A stretch of DNA of 40,155 nt, taken from IMG/VR virus record IMGVR_UViG_3300010042_000007, positions 1 to 40,155 of that record; one strand, given 5' to 3'. This DNA is from a virus. Of this stretch, positions 1-9,280 are shown piece by piece; the first letter of the stretch is position 1, and each line of letters opens with the position of its first letter. The translations under genes were made by a program, and so were the position numbers. The notes beneath the pieces are model-generated. The model searched no databases, had not been told where the DNA came from, and saw nothing but the letters and a program-made list of their open reading frames with translations.

Positions 1-123
1 GACCCATCCTCACCAAAGCGGTGAGTGATCCCAAGAAGTGCGATATGAAGTTCAAGTTCCTGCACTCGGTTCACCCGCGTGAGGATGAGGACCGTGACCC
101 GAGTAAGATGGATCCGGAGAACA
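1..123. repeat. terminal overlap copy 1 (identical to 40033-40155)
   Basis: Base-by-base comparison of both window ends. Confidence 0.95.
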
Positions 124-1106
124 AACCGATCGCATCCTGTTACGTCTCGGTGGACGACAAGTGCATGGTGTTGGAAACCGGATACGATGAGGACCCGCTG
201 GCTGTCAGTCGCTTCCTCAAATGGGGACAACAGCCCTACGGTTACAGCCCGTCGATCGAGGCGCTGCCAACGATCCGACAGGTGAACTTCATCGAGATGA
301 ACATGGACGCGCTGGCGGAGATTGCCGCGTTCCCGCGTATCTTGGTTCCCGACTCCATGGAGGGAGACATTGACCTTGCCTCGGGTGGTGCAACCACGTT
401 CGACCCGAACAACCCCAATGCGATGCCGAAAGAGTGGGGAACGAATGGCCGCTATGACATTGGCAAGGACCGCGTGGAGATGAAGGACAAGGCCATCAAT
501 GACGCCTTCCACGTCGAGTTCTTCCAGATGCTGCAGAACATCGAGCGCCAGATGACGGCCTACGAGGTGGCGCAACGCTTGGCGGAGAAGGTCACGGCAT
601 TCAGCCCCACCTTCTACCGCTTGCAAACCGAGGTCACGAATCCGCTCCTCCTCCGCGTGTTCAACATGCTGCACCGCGCCGGCAAGTTCCCCGAGCCTCC
701 CGAGTCGGTCCTTCGTCCCCGTAGCCAGAAGCCTGGCGATGTCGCGTTGGTCCTTCCCGAGGTGACACTGACCTCGAAGCTGGCGTTGGCCATTAAGGCG
801 GCAGAGAACCAATCCCTTGGTCAGGTCATGACGATCCTCGCCGGCCTCGCCCAAATCAGCCCAGGTGCGGCGGAACAGGCGGCGCAGAACTATGACTTCG
901 ACGTGATCGCCCGTGAGTCGGGCCGCAACGCCGGTCTGCCTGCAAGCTGGATCATGACCGAGGAAAAGCGCGATGCCATCCGTCAGGCACAAGCGCAGGC
1001 CGCGCAAGAGGCACAAGCTGCGGCGGCCGCACCCGGCATGGCAAAGGCCGCAAAGGACATCAGCGACTCTTCACCCAAGATCCAGAAGCAAGTCCTCGGA
1101 GGATAA
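1..1106 (+). CDS. portal / head-to-tail connector protein, C-terminal part (continues 39447..40155 across the circular junction; full ORF 563 aa)
   Basis: ORF track 21..1106 is in frame with the open frame from ATG 39447 once 1-123 is superimposed on 40033-40155. Size, N-terminal motif (RGTWDTLWQQIADYIQPRK) and position after the terminase block fit T7-type connector proteins. Confidence 0.85.
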   Translation, partial: PILTKAVSDPKKCDMKFKFLHSVHPREDEDRDPSKMDPENKPIASCYVSVDDKCMVLETGYDEDPLAVSRFLKWGQQPYGYSPSIEALPTIRQVNFIEMNMDALAEIAAFPRILVPDSMEGDIDLASGGATTFDPNNPNAMPKEWGTNGRYDIGKDRVEMKDKAINDAFHVEFFQMLQNIERQMTAYEVAQRLAEKVTAFSPTFYRLQTEVTNPLLLRVFNMLHRAGKFPEPPESVLRPRSQKPGDVALVLPEVTLTSKLALAIKAAENQSLGQVMTILAGLAQISPGAAEQAAQNYDFDVIARESGRNAGLPASWIMTEEKRDAIRQAQAQAAQEAQAAAAAPGMAKAAKDISDSSPKIQKQVLGG

Positions 1107-1109
1107 CCC

Positions 1110-1421
1110 ATGAGCGACGAACAAAAGCCCAAGGAGGCAACGGCACAGGAAAAGCTGATCCTCGCTTACGGGATGGTCTTCGGACGCGACGAAGATCATC
1201 GGACGGAGGCACAGCGCATGGTGTGGGAAGACATGCAGCGCCGTGGTTACTTCCTCCGGTCAACCGCCGTGGCTCTCACCGATGGCTCGGTCCAGTCGAA
1301 CAAGATGGAAATCGCCGAGGGATGCCGCATCTTCTTCCTCGATACCAACACTCTCGTGTCCCGCGCAAAGACGCTCGGGACCAAGAAACAGAAACCCAAC
1401 GTTAAAATCAAAAAGTCATGA
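1110..1421 (+). CDS. hypothetical protein (small post-portal protein)
   Basis: 103-aa ORF. Its ATG lies 3 nt after the portal stop, and a GGAGGA lies about 9 nt upstream. Lys-rich C-terminus. No family recognised with confidence. Confidence 0.6.
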   Translation: MSDEQKPKEATAQEKLILAYGMVFGRDEDHRTEAQRMVWEDMQRRGYFLRSTAVALTDGSVQSNKMEIAEGCRIFFLDTNTLVSRAKTLGTKKQKPNVKIKKS

Positions 1422-1969
1422 GCACTCCCGCAGCAACTCCCGCCACGGCGGCCAAAGAACAGAAAGCGCCCGTTGTTGATTACAACCTCGCCCCCAACGG
1501 CGACGTCACCCGCACCGACAAGGAAGGCACGATCACTGTCGGTAACCTGAATGACGGCAAGCTGGTCCTCGATCCCAAGTGGACGAAGTTCCGCGCCCCC
1601 GCCGTCGCCTTCCTCAACGAGTCGGGCAACGGCCCCAAGTCGATCGTCCTCGCCGGTGATGAGAATGTCCCCGAGAAGAAGAACATCCCCGCTTGCCCCA
1701 AGAAGGAAATGCGCTTCGGCGACAAGACCCCCGCGGTGGTCGAGTGGTATCGCAAATACAAGCCCGAGGAATACAAAGCCCGCTATGGTATCAAGGGCCA
1801 GGGCACGGTGACGAAGACCCGCAAGGTCTTGAATCAGGAGACCGGTCAACCCAGCACGGAGCAATACGAGGTCGAAGCGACGATCGCCGAACGTAAGATC
1901 GCCGGCACCGAGAAGGTCGAGGCGGCCAACACATCGGTCGGCGGCGACGAGTCCGAATACTCGAAGTAA
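1418..1969 (+). CDS. hypothetical protein (head-module)
   Basis: 183-aa ORF with ATGA start/stop overlap with the upstream gene. Codon third positions are GC-rich, like neighbouring genes. Confidence 0.6.
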   Translation: MSTPAATPATAAKEQKAPVVDYNLAPNGDVTRTDKEGTITVGNLNDGKLVLDPKWTKFRAPAVAFLNESGNGPKSIVLAGDENVPEKKNIPACPKKEMRFGDKTPAVVEWYRKYKPEEYKARYGIKGQGTVTKTRKVLNQETGQPSTEQYEVEATIAERKIAGTEKVEAANTSVGGDESEYSK

Positions 1970-1997
1970 GGTTTCATCCAACTAACAACAGAACCCA

Positions 1998-3026
1998 ATG
2001 AAACTTAACTTTCGACTTTATGAAGAAGCTGGCGCTGGTGGATCAGGCGGTGGCGGCGGTGGCAATCCTCCGGCCGGCGCTCCTTCTGGTAGCCCTAGCC
2101 TCCTTGCCCCCGCGAGTGGTGGAGGAAATGACCCGCCTCCGGCTGGCAATCAGCCATCAGCGGCAAATCCTCCGGTAAATCAACCGGCCGGAGGTGATCA
2201 GTGGCACGTCGGGCTTTACGACGCTACCGGCAAGATCAATGCCGCCAAGTTCGACGCCCTTCCCGAGCATCTGAAGGGCCACAAGGAACTGTTCGCCCGT
2301 TACCAGACGGTCGAGGCGCTGATGGGAGGGCTGGCCAACATGTCCAGTCTCGCCGGCAAGAAGGCGCTCGCCCCGCTCCCCGCCAATGCTTCGCCCGAGG
2401 CAAAGGCAGAACAGCGCAAGTTGATCGGTCAGTTGAACGGCGCCCCCGAGAAGCCCGAGGGCTACGGCTTCAAGAAACCCGACGGCGTTCCCGATGAACA
2501 GTGGAACGGCAAATACATGGAGGGCGTGCAAGCAATCCTGCACAAGCACGGCATTGGCATGGAGGCGGCAAAGGAACTGTTCGAGTTCGACAAGGCGCAG
2601 GCTGGCGAAATCACCACGGGCTCCAAGGCCGCTCAGGAGAAGGCACAAACCGAATACGCCGCGGCCCAGTCCAAGGCGCTTGATACGGCCTTCGGTGCGG
2701 ACAAGGCGAAGAACGTGGACCTCGCTGTTCGTGCAATCAAGACCGCCGGCCTGGACCCGCTGGATCCGATGTTCCGCAATGCCCAAGCGGTCATCCTCGC
2801 CGCCAAGTTCGGAGCGATGATCAGCGAGGACAAACTGATCAGTGGCGAGACCAACGCCAACGCGGGCATGGATGACCGAGCCAAGGCGCTGGACATCGTG
2901 AACAACCCGAGCAACTCGCTCTATAAGGCGTTCCACGAACCCGATCACCCGCAGCACGAACAGGCCGTCCAAGCCCGTTCCCAGCTTAACAAGGCGTATC
3001 ACCAAAAGAGCCAACCGAAGAACTAA
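1998..3026 (+). CDS. putative scaffolding protein
   Basis: 342 aa, located between portal and major capsid. Gly/Pro/Ala/Gln-rich disordered N-terminus followed by a charged helical region. The call is made by position only. Confidence 0.5.
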   Translation: MKLNFRLYEEAGAGGSGGGGGGNPPAGAPSGSPSLLAPASGGGNDPPPAGNQPSAANPPVNQPAGGDQWHVGLYDATGKINAAKFDALPEHLKGHKELFARYQTVEALMGGLANMSSLAGKKALAPLPANASPEAKAEQRKLIGQLNGAPEKPEGYGFKKPDGVPDEQWNGKYMEGVQAILHKHGIGMEAAKELFEFDKAQAGEITTGSKAAQEKAQTEYAAAQSKALDTAFGADKAKNVDLAVRAIKTAGLDPLDPMFRNAQAVILAAKFGAMISEDKLISGETNANAGMDDRAKALDIVNNPSNSLYKAFHEPDHPQHEQAVQARSQLNKAYHQKSQPKN

Positions 3027-3039
3027 GTTAGTCACCTGC

Positions 3040-3072
3040 AAATCCCCCCGCTTCACCGTTGGGGGATTTTTC
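3040..3072 (+). terminator. intrinsic terminator-like hairpin after the scaffold gene
   Basis: AAATCCCCC (3040-3048) pairs with GGGGGATTT (3061-3069) around a 12-nt loop. The stem runs into a T tract (3067-3071). Confidence 0.5.
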
Positions 3073-3275
3073 GTGCCTTGACATCAGAGAACGTGCGGGT
3101 GCATACCCGACACAGAGAGCACGGCGGAGACCTCGCGCAAGCGACACCAACCGGCCTCGGATTCGTCCGAAGCGTTGGCACCGTGCAAGCGGATACCCTG
3201 ACGCGATGACCAGCGCACGCCTGTAGCGTGAGTTTTCATCTCAATCTCGCCCGGATACGTCCGGCACTCTCCGTC

Positions 3276-4181
3276 ATGGCAATTCTTACTCAGCTTCCTG
3301 AACACTATCAGACCGATTTCGCTGACAACTGGGACTTCCTGGTTCAGCAGAAGGACTCCCGCCTCGAAAACAAGGTGATGCGCTACACCGTGAAGGGCAA
3401 AGAACGCACCTTCTCGCAGCTTGGTAAATCCAAGATGCGCCTCATCACCACCCGCAACGGCACCACGATCCCGTCCGACACGGTCATGGCCAAGCGTTGG
3501 TTGCGCCCCAAGGGTTACGACGAGGTCACGTGGATCGATCAACTCGACCCCGTTGCCCTCGGCGAGCTCCCCGCTCCCGAGTCCGAGCACGTCGTCCAGC
3601 ACGCCCGCGCCGCCAAGCGCACGATGGACGAAGTCATCATCGCCGCCCTCGAAGGCACTGCCTACATCGGCGTGGATGGCACCACCGCCGTCGACGTTCC
3701 CGCTTCCCAGAAGGTTGCCGTCGACTACGTCATCAGCGGCGGCGCCGTTAACTCCGGCATGACCCTCGCCAAGTGGACCCGCGCCAAATACATCCTCGAC
3801 AAAAACGAGGTTGAGGCGGAAGGCCGCTACTTCGTCCACTCGGCGAAGCAGCTTCAGGACCTCCTGACCAACGTCATCGAAATCAAGTCCTCGGACTACA
3901 ACAACGTGAAGTCCCTCGTGGACGGCACGGTGAACAAGTTCCTCGGCTTCGAGTGCGTTATGACCGAGCTCCTGACGCTCGACGTCGCCACGGACATCCG
4001 CACCTGTATCGCCTACCAGAAGGAAGGCATCGCCCTCGGCATCGGTTTGGAGAAGACCGTCAAGATCGACATCCTCCCGACGCAGAACCACACGGTCCAG
4101 ATCCGCACGGTCATCATGATCGGCGCCACCCGCAAAGAAGAGGAGCGCGTTGTCCTCGTTTATTGCGACGAATCGCCTTGA
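3276..4181 (+). CDS. major capsid protein
   Basis: ORF track 3228..4181 starts at a GTG; I prefer the internal ATG at 3276 (MAILTQLPEHYQ...). About 300 aa, in the canonical position after the scaffold. Very high GC3 (57 of 71 hand-counted codons), suggesting high expression. Confidence 0.7.
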   Translation: MAILTQLPEHYQTDFADNWDFLVQQKDSRLENKVMRYTVKGKERTFSQLGKSKMRLITTRNGTTIPSDTVMAKRWLRPKGYDEVTWIDQLDPVALGELPAPESEHVVQHARAAKRTMDEVIIAALEGTAYIGVDGTTAVDVPASQKVAVDYVISGGAVNSGMTLAKWTRAKYILDKNEVEAEGRYFVHSAKQLQDLLTNVIEIKSSDYNNVKSLVDGTVNKFLGFECVMTELLTLDVATDIRTCIAYQKEGIALGIGLEKTVKIDILPTQNHTVQIRTVIMIGATRKEEERVVLVYCDESP

Positions 4182-4231
4182 GCACTGGCGTTTTACATCA
4201 CTCTAACTTCCTCAAATAAGGACTCACTCAC

Positions 4232-4702
4232 ATGGCTACTTTTAATTCAGACGTTTACGCAAAGCAGGCGAACCCGATCATGGGCAATCGCAATCCGGGC
4301 ATCATCGAGAATGGCGCCCTTCGTTTCCTTGTCGCCAAATACATCATGCTCGGCACTGAGGTGGCGGGCGACAAGATCAACATCGGCCGCCTCCCACAGG
4401 GCTCCATCGTTGATCCATCCCACTCCACGGTTGTCACTGACGGCATCGCCGGCACTGCCACCTTGGACGTGGGTGACAACGATGTCCTCGGCGTTGGCTC
4501 GGTTGCTGACGTTGACCGCTACGCCGATGGCTTGAACGTGGCGGGTGCCGGCGCTACTCGCTTCGATTCCATCGCTGCGGCCGCTCGCCTGACGCCCTAC
4601 GCCCTCGGCGAAGACTCGATCATCATCGGCACGCTGGTCACGTTGGTGACGCCGGTTGCCGGCCGCATCCTGACCTTCCGCATCGGTTACTTGGCCTTCT
4701 AA
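4232..4702 (+). CDS. putative capsid decoration / cement protein
   Basis: 156-aa ORF directly after the capsid gene and followed by a terminator. Gly/Ala/Val-rich, beta-like sequence. The call is positional. Confidence 0.4.
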   Translation: MATFNSDVYAKQANPIMGNRNPGIIENGALRFLVAKYIMLGTEVAGDKINIGRLPQGSIVDPSHSTVVTDGIAGTATLDVGDNDVLGVGSVADVDRYADGLNVAGAGATRFDSIAAAARLTPYALGEDSIIIGTLVTLVTPVAGRILTFRIGYLAF

Positions 4703-4732
4703 ACAAAGGCCCGTTGGGTTCTGTTGTTACTG

Positions 4733-4770
4733 GGCCTCCTTCGCTCTTTCGAGTGGGGGAGGCCTTTTCT
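4733..4770 (+). terminator. intrinsic terminator after the capsid genes
   Basis: GGCCTCC (4733-4739) pairs with GGAGGCC (4758-4764) and is followed by TTTTCTCTTT. This is analogous to the post-capsid terminator of T7-like phages. Confidence 0.6.
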
Positions 4771-4788
4771 CTTTAATCACTCCCCGTC

Positions 4789-5397
4789 ATGGCTCTCACG
4801 AAAACGAACATCTGCAATCAGGCCCTTGGGCGCATCGGCTCGCCCCACATCATGGACATCGAGGACGCGAACTCGAAGTCCGCCCGCGTCTGCAAGGAGA
4901 CGTTTGAAATCGCGGTGCGTGAGGTAGCCCGCGCCGGTGAGTTCAACTGCATGAAGAAGCGCATCGAGCTCGGTCGCCTGACCGAAGCGCCGGCCTTTGG
5001 ATGGCCTTACCAGTTCCAGCTTCCCGCCAACTTCATCAGCATGGTGGAGCTCAATGGAGTGTTTGTTTCCGGTGTGCGCGGCGAGAACTGGGAAATCGAG
5101 GGAGACAAGCTGATGACCCGGGCTGAGTCGGCAAAAGTGCAGTTCATCGGATACGATGAGAACACGCAGAACTGGGACCCGTTGTTCGTGAATGCGATCG
5201 TGGTCCTTCTGGCGTCGAAGATCGCGCTGCCTGTGCGCCAAGATGATGCCTTGGCGCAGGCGCTCCTGACGGAATACGAGCGCGTTGCCTTGCCCAAGGC
5301 CCGCATGAAGGACGGTAACGAGCGTAAGAAGCGTCCGTTTGCTCCGTGGGAAACTTCCCGCTTTGTCCAGTCCCGCCGGTATTCAACGAACGGATAA
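4789..5397 (+). CDS. head-tail adaptor (T7 gp11-like tail tubular protein A)
   Basis: 202 aa. The N-terminus MALTKTNICNQALGRIGSPHIMDIED matches the characteristic gp11-family start. It immediately precedes the nozzle gene. Confidence 0.7.
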   Translation: MALTKTNICNQALGRIGSPHIMDIEDANSKSARVCKETFEIAVREVARAGEFNCMKKRIELGRLTEAPAFGWPYQFQLPANFISMVELNGVFVSGVRGENWEIEGDKLMTRAESAKVQFIGYDENTQNWDPLFVNAIVVLLASKIALPVRQDDALAQALLTEYERVALPKARMKDGNERKKRPFAPWETSRFVQSRRYSTNG

Positions 5398-5400
5398 GTC

Positions 5401-8379
5401 ATGGCAAATCCACGCAACAAGAAGAATCTGGTCAGCTTCAACGCCGGCGAACTCTCGCCGAAGTTGGATGCACGGGTGGACACCGAGAAGTATGCGGCTG
5501 GATGTCGCCAGTGTCAGAACATGATACCGATGCCTCACGGCGGGGTGACGCGGCGCAAGGGGTTCGAGTTTATTGCCAGCGCCAAGTTTGGCCCGCAAGA
5601 GCAGGCGGCTCCGTGCAAGCTGATCGACTTCCAGTTCAGCCGTGACGTGGCGTTCATGTTGGAGCTCGGGGAGCTCTACATGCGGTTCTTCTACCTTGGC
5701 CAGCCGATCATGGACGGGATGGTTCCTTACGAGATTGAAACCCCGTTCACGGCCGCCGAGTGCGCGGCACTGCAATACGTCCAGATCAATGACGTGGTTT
5801 ATCTGACGCACCCGGCGCATCCGGTGCAAAAGCTGTCACGGCTGGCAAATGACAGTTGGACGATTGAAGCCGTGGATTTCGACCGGCCGCCGTTCCTTGA
5901 TGAGAACATCACCGCCACCACGATCACGGCATCCGCAACGTCTGGCACGGGGATCACTCTGACGGCCAGCACGGCGATCTTTAACGCTGGCAACGTCGGC
6001 GGGTATTTCGAAATCGGCCACCGTCGCCAGGCGACGAGCGTGAACAAGACCATCACCTCCACCGGAACCTCGGCTTCGATCCTTGTGCTCGGGAAGGCGT
6101 TCTTCCGCACAACTGGCATCTGGACTGCCACGGTGACGGTGGAGCGGTCGGAGGATGGCGCCACGGACTGGGAGGCAGTCCGGACTTACACGGGCACGAA
6201 TGACCGCAACATCGACGTGGAGATTGATGAAGAGGATCAGGCTTACTATCGGATCAACGTGACGTCGTGGACGTCGGGAAGCTCTTCCCCGAATGCGATC
6301 TTCGAGGTGGCCGATGCGTTCGTGCGTGGCGTGGTCCAGATCACGGCGGTGGCGTCCGGCACATCGGCGACCGCGGACGTCAAGCGTCCCCTGTTCGCCA
6401 CCACGGCAACGAAGTATTGGTCAGAGGGTGCGTGGTCGATCCGCCGTGGATTCCCCGCAGCCTGCGCGTTCTTCGAAAACCGGATGTTCTTCGCCGGTTC
6501 AACCTTCCAGCCACAAACCCTCTGGGGCTCGATCGTGGATGATTACGAGGACTTCACCAAGGGCACGGCCGATGATGACTCTGTGGCCTTCACCCTGTCC
6601 TCCACTGAGCGCCAGCAAGTGCTCTGGATGGTGTCTCAAAGCCGGCTGGTCATCGGAACCACCTCGGGCGAGTGGACGGCCTCCGGCGGGGATTTGGACA
6701 TCTCGATTACCCCGACGAAGATCAAGGTCAGGCAACAGTCGAACTTCGGTAGCCAGCAAGGGCGGGCGCTCTTGGTGAATGACACGATTCTGTTTGTGCA
6801 GCGGTCAGGCCGAAAGCTCCGTGAAGCCGTTTATGATTCGATTCGTGAAGGCTATCAGTCGAACGACGTGACGATCCTTTCGGACCACATTACCGCCGGC
6901 GGCATCACTTCGCCATGCTACCAGTCAGACCGAGACTCGATCTTCTGGGCCATCGCCAACGGCAACCTGATTGGCATGACCTACGAGAAGGAACAGAGCG
7001 TCATTGCTTGGCACCGGCACAAGACCATTGGCGTGATTGAGTCGGTGGAAACGATCTACGGCACGCTCGATGATGAGGTGTGGATTTCAGTGATCCGCGT
7101 GATTGGCGGCGTGAAGAAGCGTTTTATTGAACGCATGACCGGATATTACAACCCGAGCGTGGACGTGTATAAGGTCCTGAACGAATACGGTCCTTGGTCA
7201 TCGGTCTCGGCAAATGTCCTGAGCTACAACGACGCAACCTTTGCCCCCGATGTGGTGAATCCAGTTGGCACGGTTGGCGGAGTAACCGTCACCGCCTGTC
7301 CTGTTTTCAATGGGCAAACGATTGAGATTCTGGGGCCCTCGTATCCTGAACTTACGGGAAGTCCTTCATCGCCATTGTCGATCGGAACCTTTCCCGACTA
7401 TTTCACGATCACGGGCACATTGATTCCGGCATCCCCGCCTCTCACGACTCAAGCCCTTTACGGGGATCAGACTGGTGAGGGCGGCATTGGGCCAACCTGT
7501 CTCCACTTCTCTGAAGATGTCGCGGCTGTTTCGATAAAGACTTATAGCAATCAGGTCGCCCGGGTTTGGTTTGAGGCATACAGACGGGACGGATCACGCA
7601 TTGAGTTCTTCAATGCCGCCGGCGGGTCCATTGGCTTTCGTCAATACACTACCGCTGATGGCATTCAAAACTTCACGCTGTATTCGAGGGCTGTAGATAT
7701 TGCGGGTATTGCGGTGAGCAACGGTTCGGTGTCGGGCGGGGCCCCATGTATCGTGTCACTGGATTTCCTGACCTCTTCGCAGGTGCAAGGCGCAACATAC
7801 GAAGAGACGGGAATCCCTTCGTCATTCAGCGGGCGCGACACGGAAAAGACATTCGTTGATTCGTGCTTGGTCTATGTCGGGATCCCGACGACTACCGTTG
7901 ATGGATTGGATCACTTGGAAGGTGAGACGGTGGACATCCTGGCCGATGGCGCGGTTCACCCTTCCCGAGTTGTCACAGGTGGTCAGGTGGTCCTCGAGTA
8001 TGCGGCCGGGGTGGTTCACGTCGGGCTCCCTTACGACTCGATCATCCAGCCGATGCGCTTGGACATGGATGATGTGGCGGGCAACACACAGGGCGCGGTA
8101 AAGCAAATCCGAGGTGTCACCCTTCGCCTGATGGACACGCTCGGGCTCAAGGTTTCGGACATCCTAACTGATGCCGAAAACGCGGTGTTCCGTGAGTTGG
8201 AGTTCAGGACTACGGAGGACAACATGGATTCGGCTCCGCCAATATTTACCGGTGAAAAATACCACGAAGTGGAATCGGAGTTCGATAACGACGCCACGAT
8301 TGTCCTGAAACAGGATCAACCACTTCCTTGGACCTTGCTGGGGATGGTGGTTCACTACCAAGTAACGGGACAACCATGA
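5401..8379 (+). CDS. tail nozzle (T7 gp12-like tail tubular protein B)
   Basis: 992 aa. The N-terminus NLVSFNAGELSPKLDARVDTEKYAAGCRQCQNMIPMPHGGVTRRKGFEF is typical of podovirus gp12-type proteins. Confidence 0.75.
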   Translation: MANPRNKKNLVSFNAGELSPKLDARVDTEKYAAGCRQCQNMIPMPHGGVTRRKGFEFIASAKFGPQEQAAPCKLIDFQFSRDVAFMLELGELYMRFFYLGQPIMDGMVPYEIETPFTAAECAALQYVQINDVVYLTHPAHPVQKLSRLANDSWTIEAVDFDRPPFLDENITATTITASATSGTGITLTASTAIFNAGNVGGYFEIGHRRQATSVNKTITSTGTSASILVLGKAFFRTTGIWTATVTVERSEDGATDWEAVRTYTGTNDRNIDVEIDEEDQAYYRINVTSWTSGSSSPNAIFEVADAFVRGVVQITAVASGTSATADVKRPLFATTATKYWSEGAWSIRRGFPAACAFFENRMFFAGSTFQPQTLWGSIVDDYEDFTKGTADDDSVAFTLSSTERQQVLWMVSQSRLVIGTTSGEWTASGGDLDISITPTKIKVRQQSNFGSQQGRALLVNDTILFVQRSGRKLREAVYDSIREGYQSNDVTILSDHITAGGITSPCYQSDRDSIFWAIANGNLIGMTYEKEQSVIAWHRHKTIGVIESVETIYGTLDDEVWISVIRVIGGVKKRFIERMTGYYNPSVDVYKVLNEYGPWSSVSANVLSYNDATFAPDVVNPVGTVGGVTVTACPVFNGQTIEILGPSYPELTGSPSSPLSIGTFPDYFTITGTLIPASPPLTTQALYGDQTGEGGIGPTCLHFSEDVAAVSIKTYSNQVARVWFEAYRRDGSRIEFFNAAGGSIGFRQYTTADGIQNFTLYSRAVDIAGIAVSNGSVSGGAPCIVSLDFLTSSQVQGATYEETGIPSSFSGRDTEKTFVDSCLVYVGIPTTTVDGLDHLEGETVDILADGAVHPSRVVTGGQVVLEYAAGVVHVGLPYDSIIQPMRLDMDDVAGNTQGAVKQIRGVTLRLMDTLGLKVSDILTDAENAVFRELEFRTTEDNMDSAPPIFTGEKYHEVESEFDNDATIVLKQDQPLPWTLLGMVVHYQVTGQP

Positions 8380-8780
8380 GTCTTCAAATTCGCCCCTACG
8401 TCGCAGAGGATTACGAAACGCTCGCATCGTGGTGGAAGAGCCATGGATGGGAGCCGGTGCGGGCGGACATCCTGCCACGTCTCGGCGTGGTGGCTGAACT
8501 GGATGGCAAGGCGATCGGTGCCGCATTCCTCTACATGGACAACAGCGTGGGGGTTTGCTGGATGGAGTGGCTGGTGACAGCACCACAAGCGGGGCTCACC
8601 GGTATCAGGGCAATCCGCGCCATCACCGATTTCCTAAGTGCCGAGGCAAAGCGCCGAGACTACGGCGTGATGATCACCTCATGCCGACAGGAGGCCCTTG
8701 TGCGCGTTTACGAAAAGGCCGGCTTTATCAAAACAGATGTGGGCGTGACTCACTTAATCAAAATCACCGGAGGCAATTAA
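8376..8780 (+). CDS. GNAT-like N-acetyltransferase in the gp13 slot
   Basis: ATG 8376 forms an ATGA overlap with the nozzle stop. 134 aa with a GNAT-like layout (IRPYVAEDYETL ... GVVAELDGKAIGAAFLY ... VYEKAGF). No clear Q/RxxGxG motif. Confidence 0.5.
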   Translation: MSLQIRPYVAEDYETLASWWKSHGWEPVRADILPRLGVVAELDGKAIGAAFLYMDNSVGVCWMEWLVTAPQAGLTGIRAIRAITDFLSAEAKRRDYGVMITSCRQEALVRVYEKAGFIKTDVGVTHLIKITGGN

Positions 8781-8781
8781 C

Positions 8782-9279
8782 ATGGCTGTAATTTCATCAA
8801 CAGTTCTCGCCGCGGCCGCTATTGCATCGGCCGTGATCGGCACAGGCGTCGCCGTTTACGGGCAGGTCCAAGCGGCGAAGACCGCCAAGGAAATGGGCGA
8901 GTATAACGCCAAGCTGGCGGAGAATCAGGCTCAACAGGTGGATATGGATGCCCGTGAGTCGGTGAAGCGTCGACGTGAGCAGAACCGCCGTTTCCAAGGA
9001 ATGCAGCGCACGGCCTTTGCCAAGTCGGGTGTATCCATCGAAGGGTCACCGCTTGAGGTGATGGCAGAGACCGCGGGGATCCTTGAGCTCGAGGCCTTGG
9101 ATGCCAGCCGTCAGGCAAGCCAGCAAACGTCGGCACTGCGGGCGCAGGGCGCTTACGATCGCCGCGTTGGTTCAACTCAGGCACGTGCGGCCTACATAGG
9201 CGCCGGTGCGTCGCTGCTTGCCGGTGCGTCGAACATCGCCGGATCGTCCGCAACCTATCGCTCGCAAGGAATCATTTAA
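8782..9279 (+). CDS. internal virion protein (gp14-like)
   Basis: 165 aa with an N-terminal hydrophobic helix (VLAAAAIASAVIGTGVAVYG) followed by a helical region. Located between the nozzle and the large core proteins. Confidence 0.5.
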   Translation: MAVISSTVLAAAAIASAVIGTGVAVYGQVQAAKTAKEMGEYNAKLAENQAQQVDMDARESVKRRREQNRRFQGMQRTAFAKSGVSIEGSPLEVMAETAGILELEALDASRQASQQTSALRAQGAYDRRVGSTQARAAYIGAGASLLAGASNIAGSSATYRSQGII

Positions 9280-9280
9280 A

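Noticed and set aside
3228-3275. Upstream starts given in the ORF track for several genes: GTG 3228 for capsid, 26037 helicase, 28540 primase, 29925 nuclease, 23554 DnaA-IV, 22031 HNH, 34418 and 34087 early genes, 9206, 8328, 20840, 35392, 36224.
   Set aside because: The extensions are Pro/Arg/Ser-rich, overlap the upstream gene or a structured leader, and skip internal Met codons that sit in ATGA/GTGA stop-start overlaps or just after the upstream stop.
3084-4091. 335-aa minus-strand ORF antisense to the major capsid gene. Similar long antisense or off-frame ORFs include 1247..1981(-), 2157..3056(-), 9470..10390(-), 11074..12081(-), 25225..26283(+), 27893..28636(+) and 19018..19653(-).
   Set aside because: These are shadow ORFs typical of GC-rich DNA. 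Their translations are Arg/Gly/His/Leu-rich with no motifs, and each overlaps a gene on the other strand or frame that has clear family signatures.
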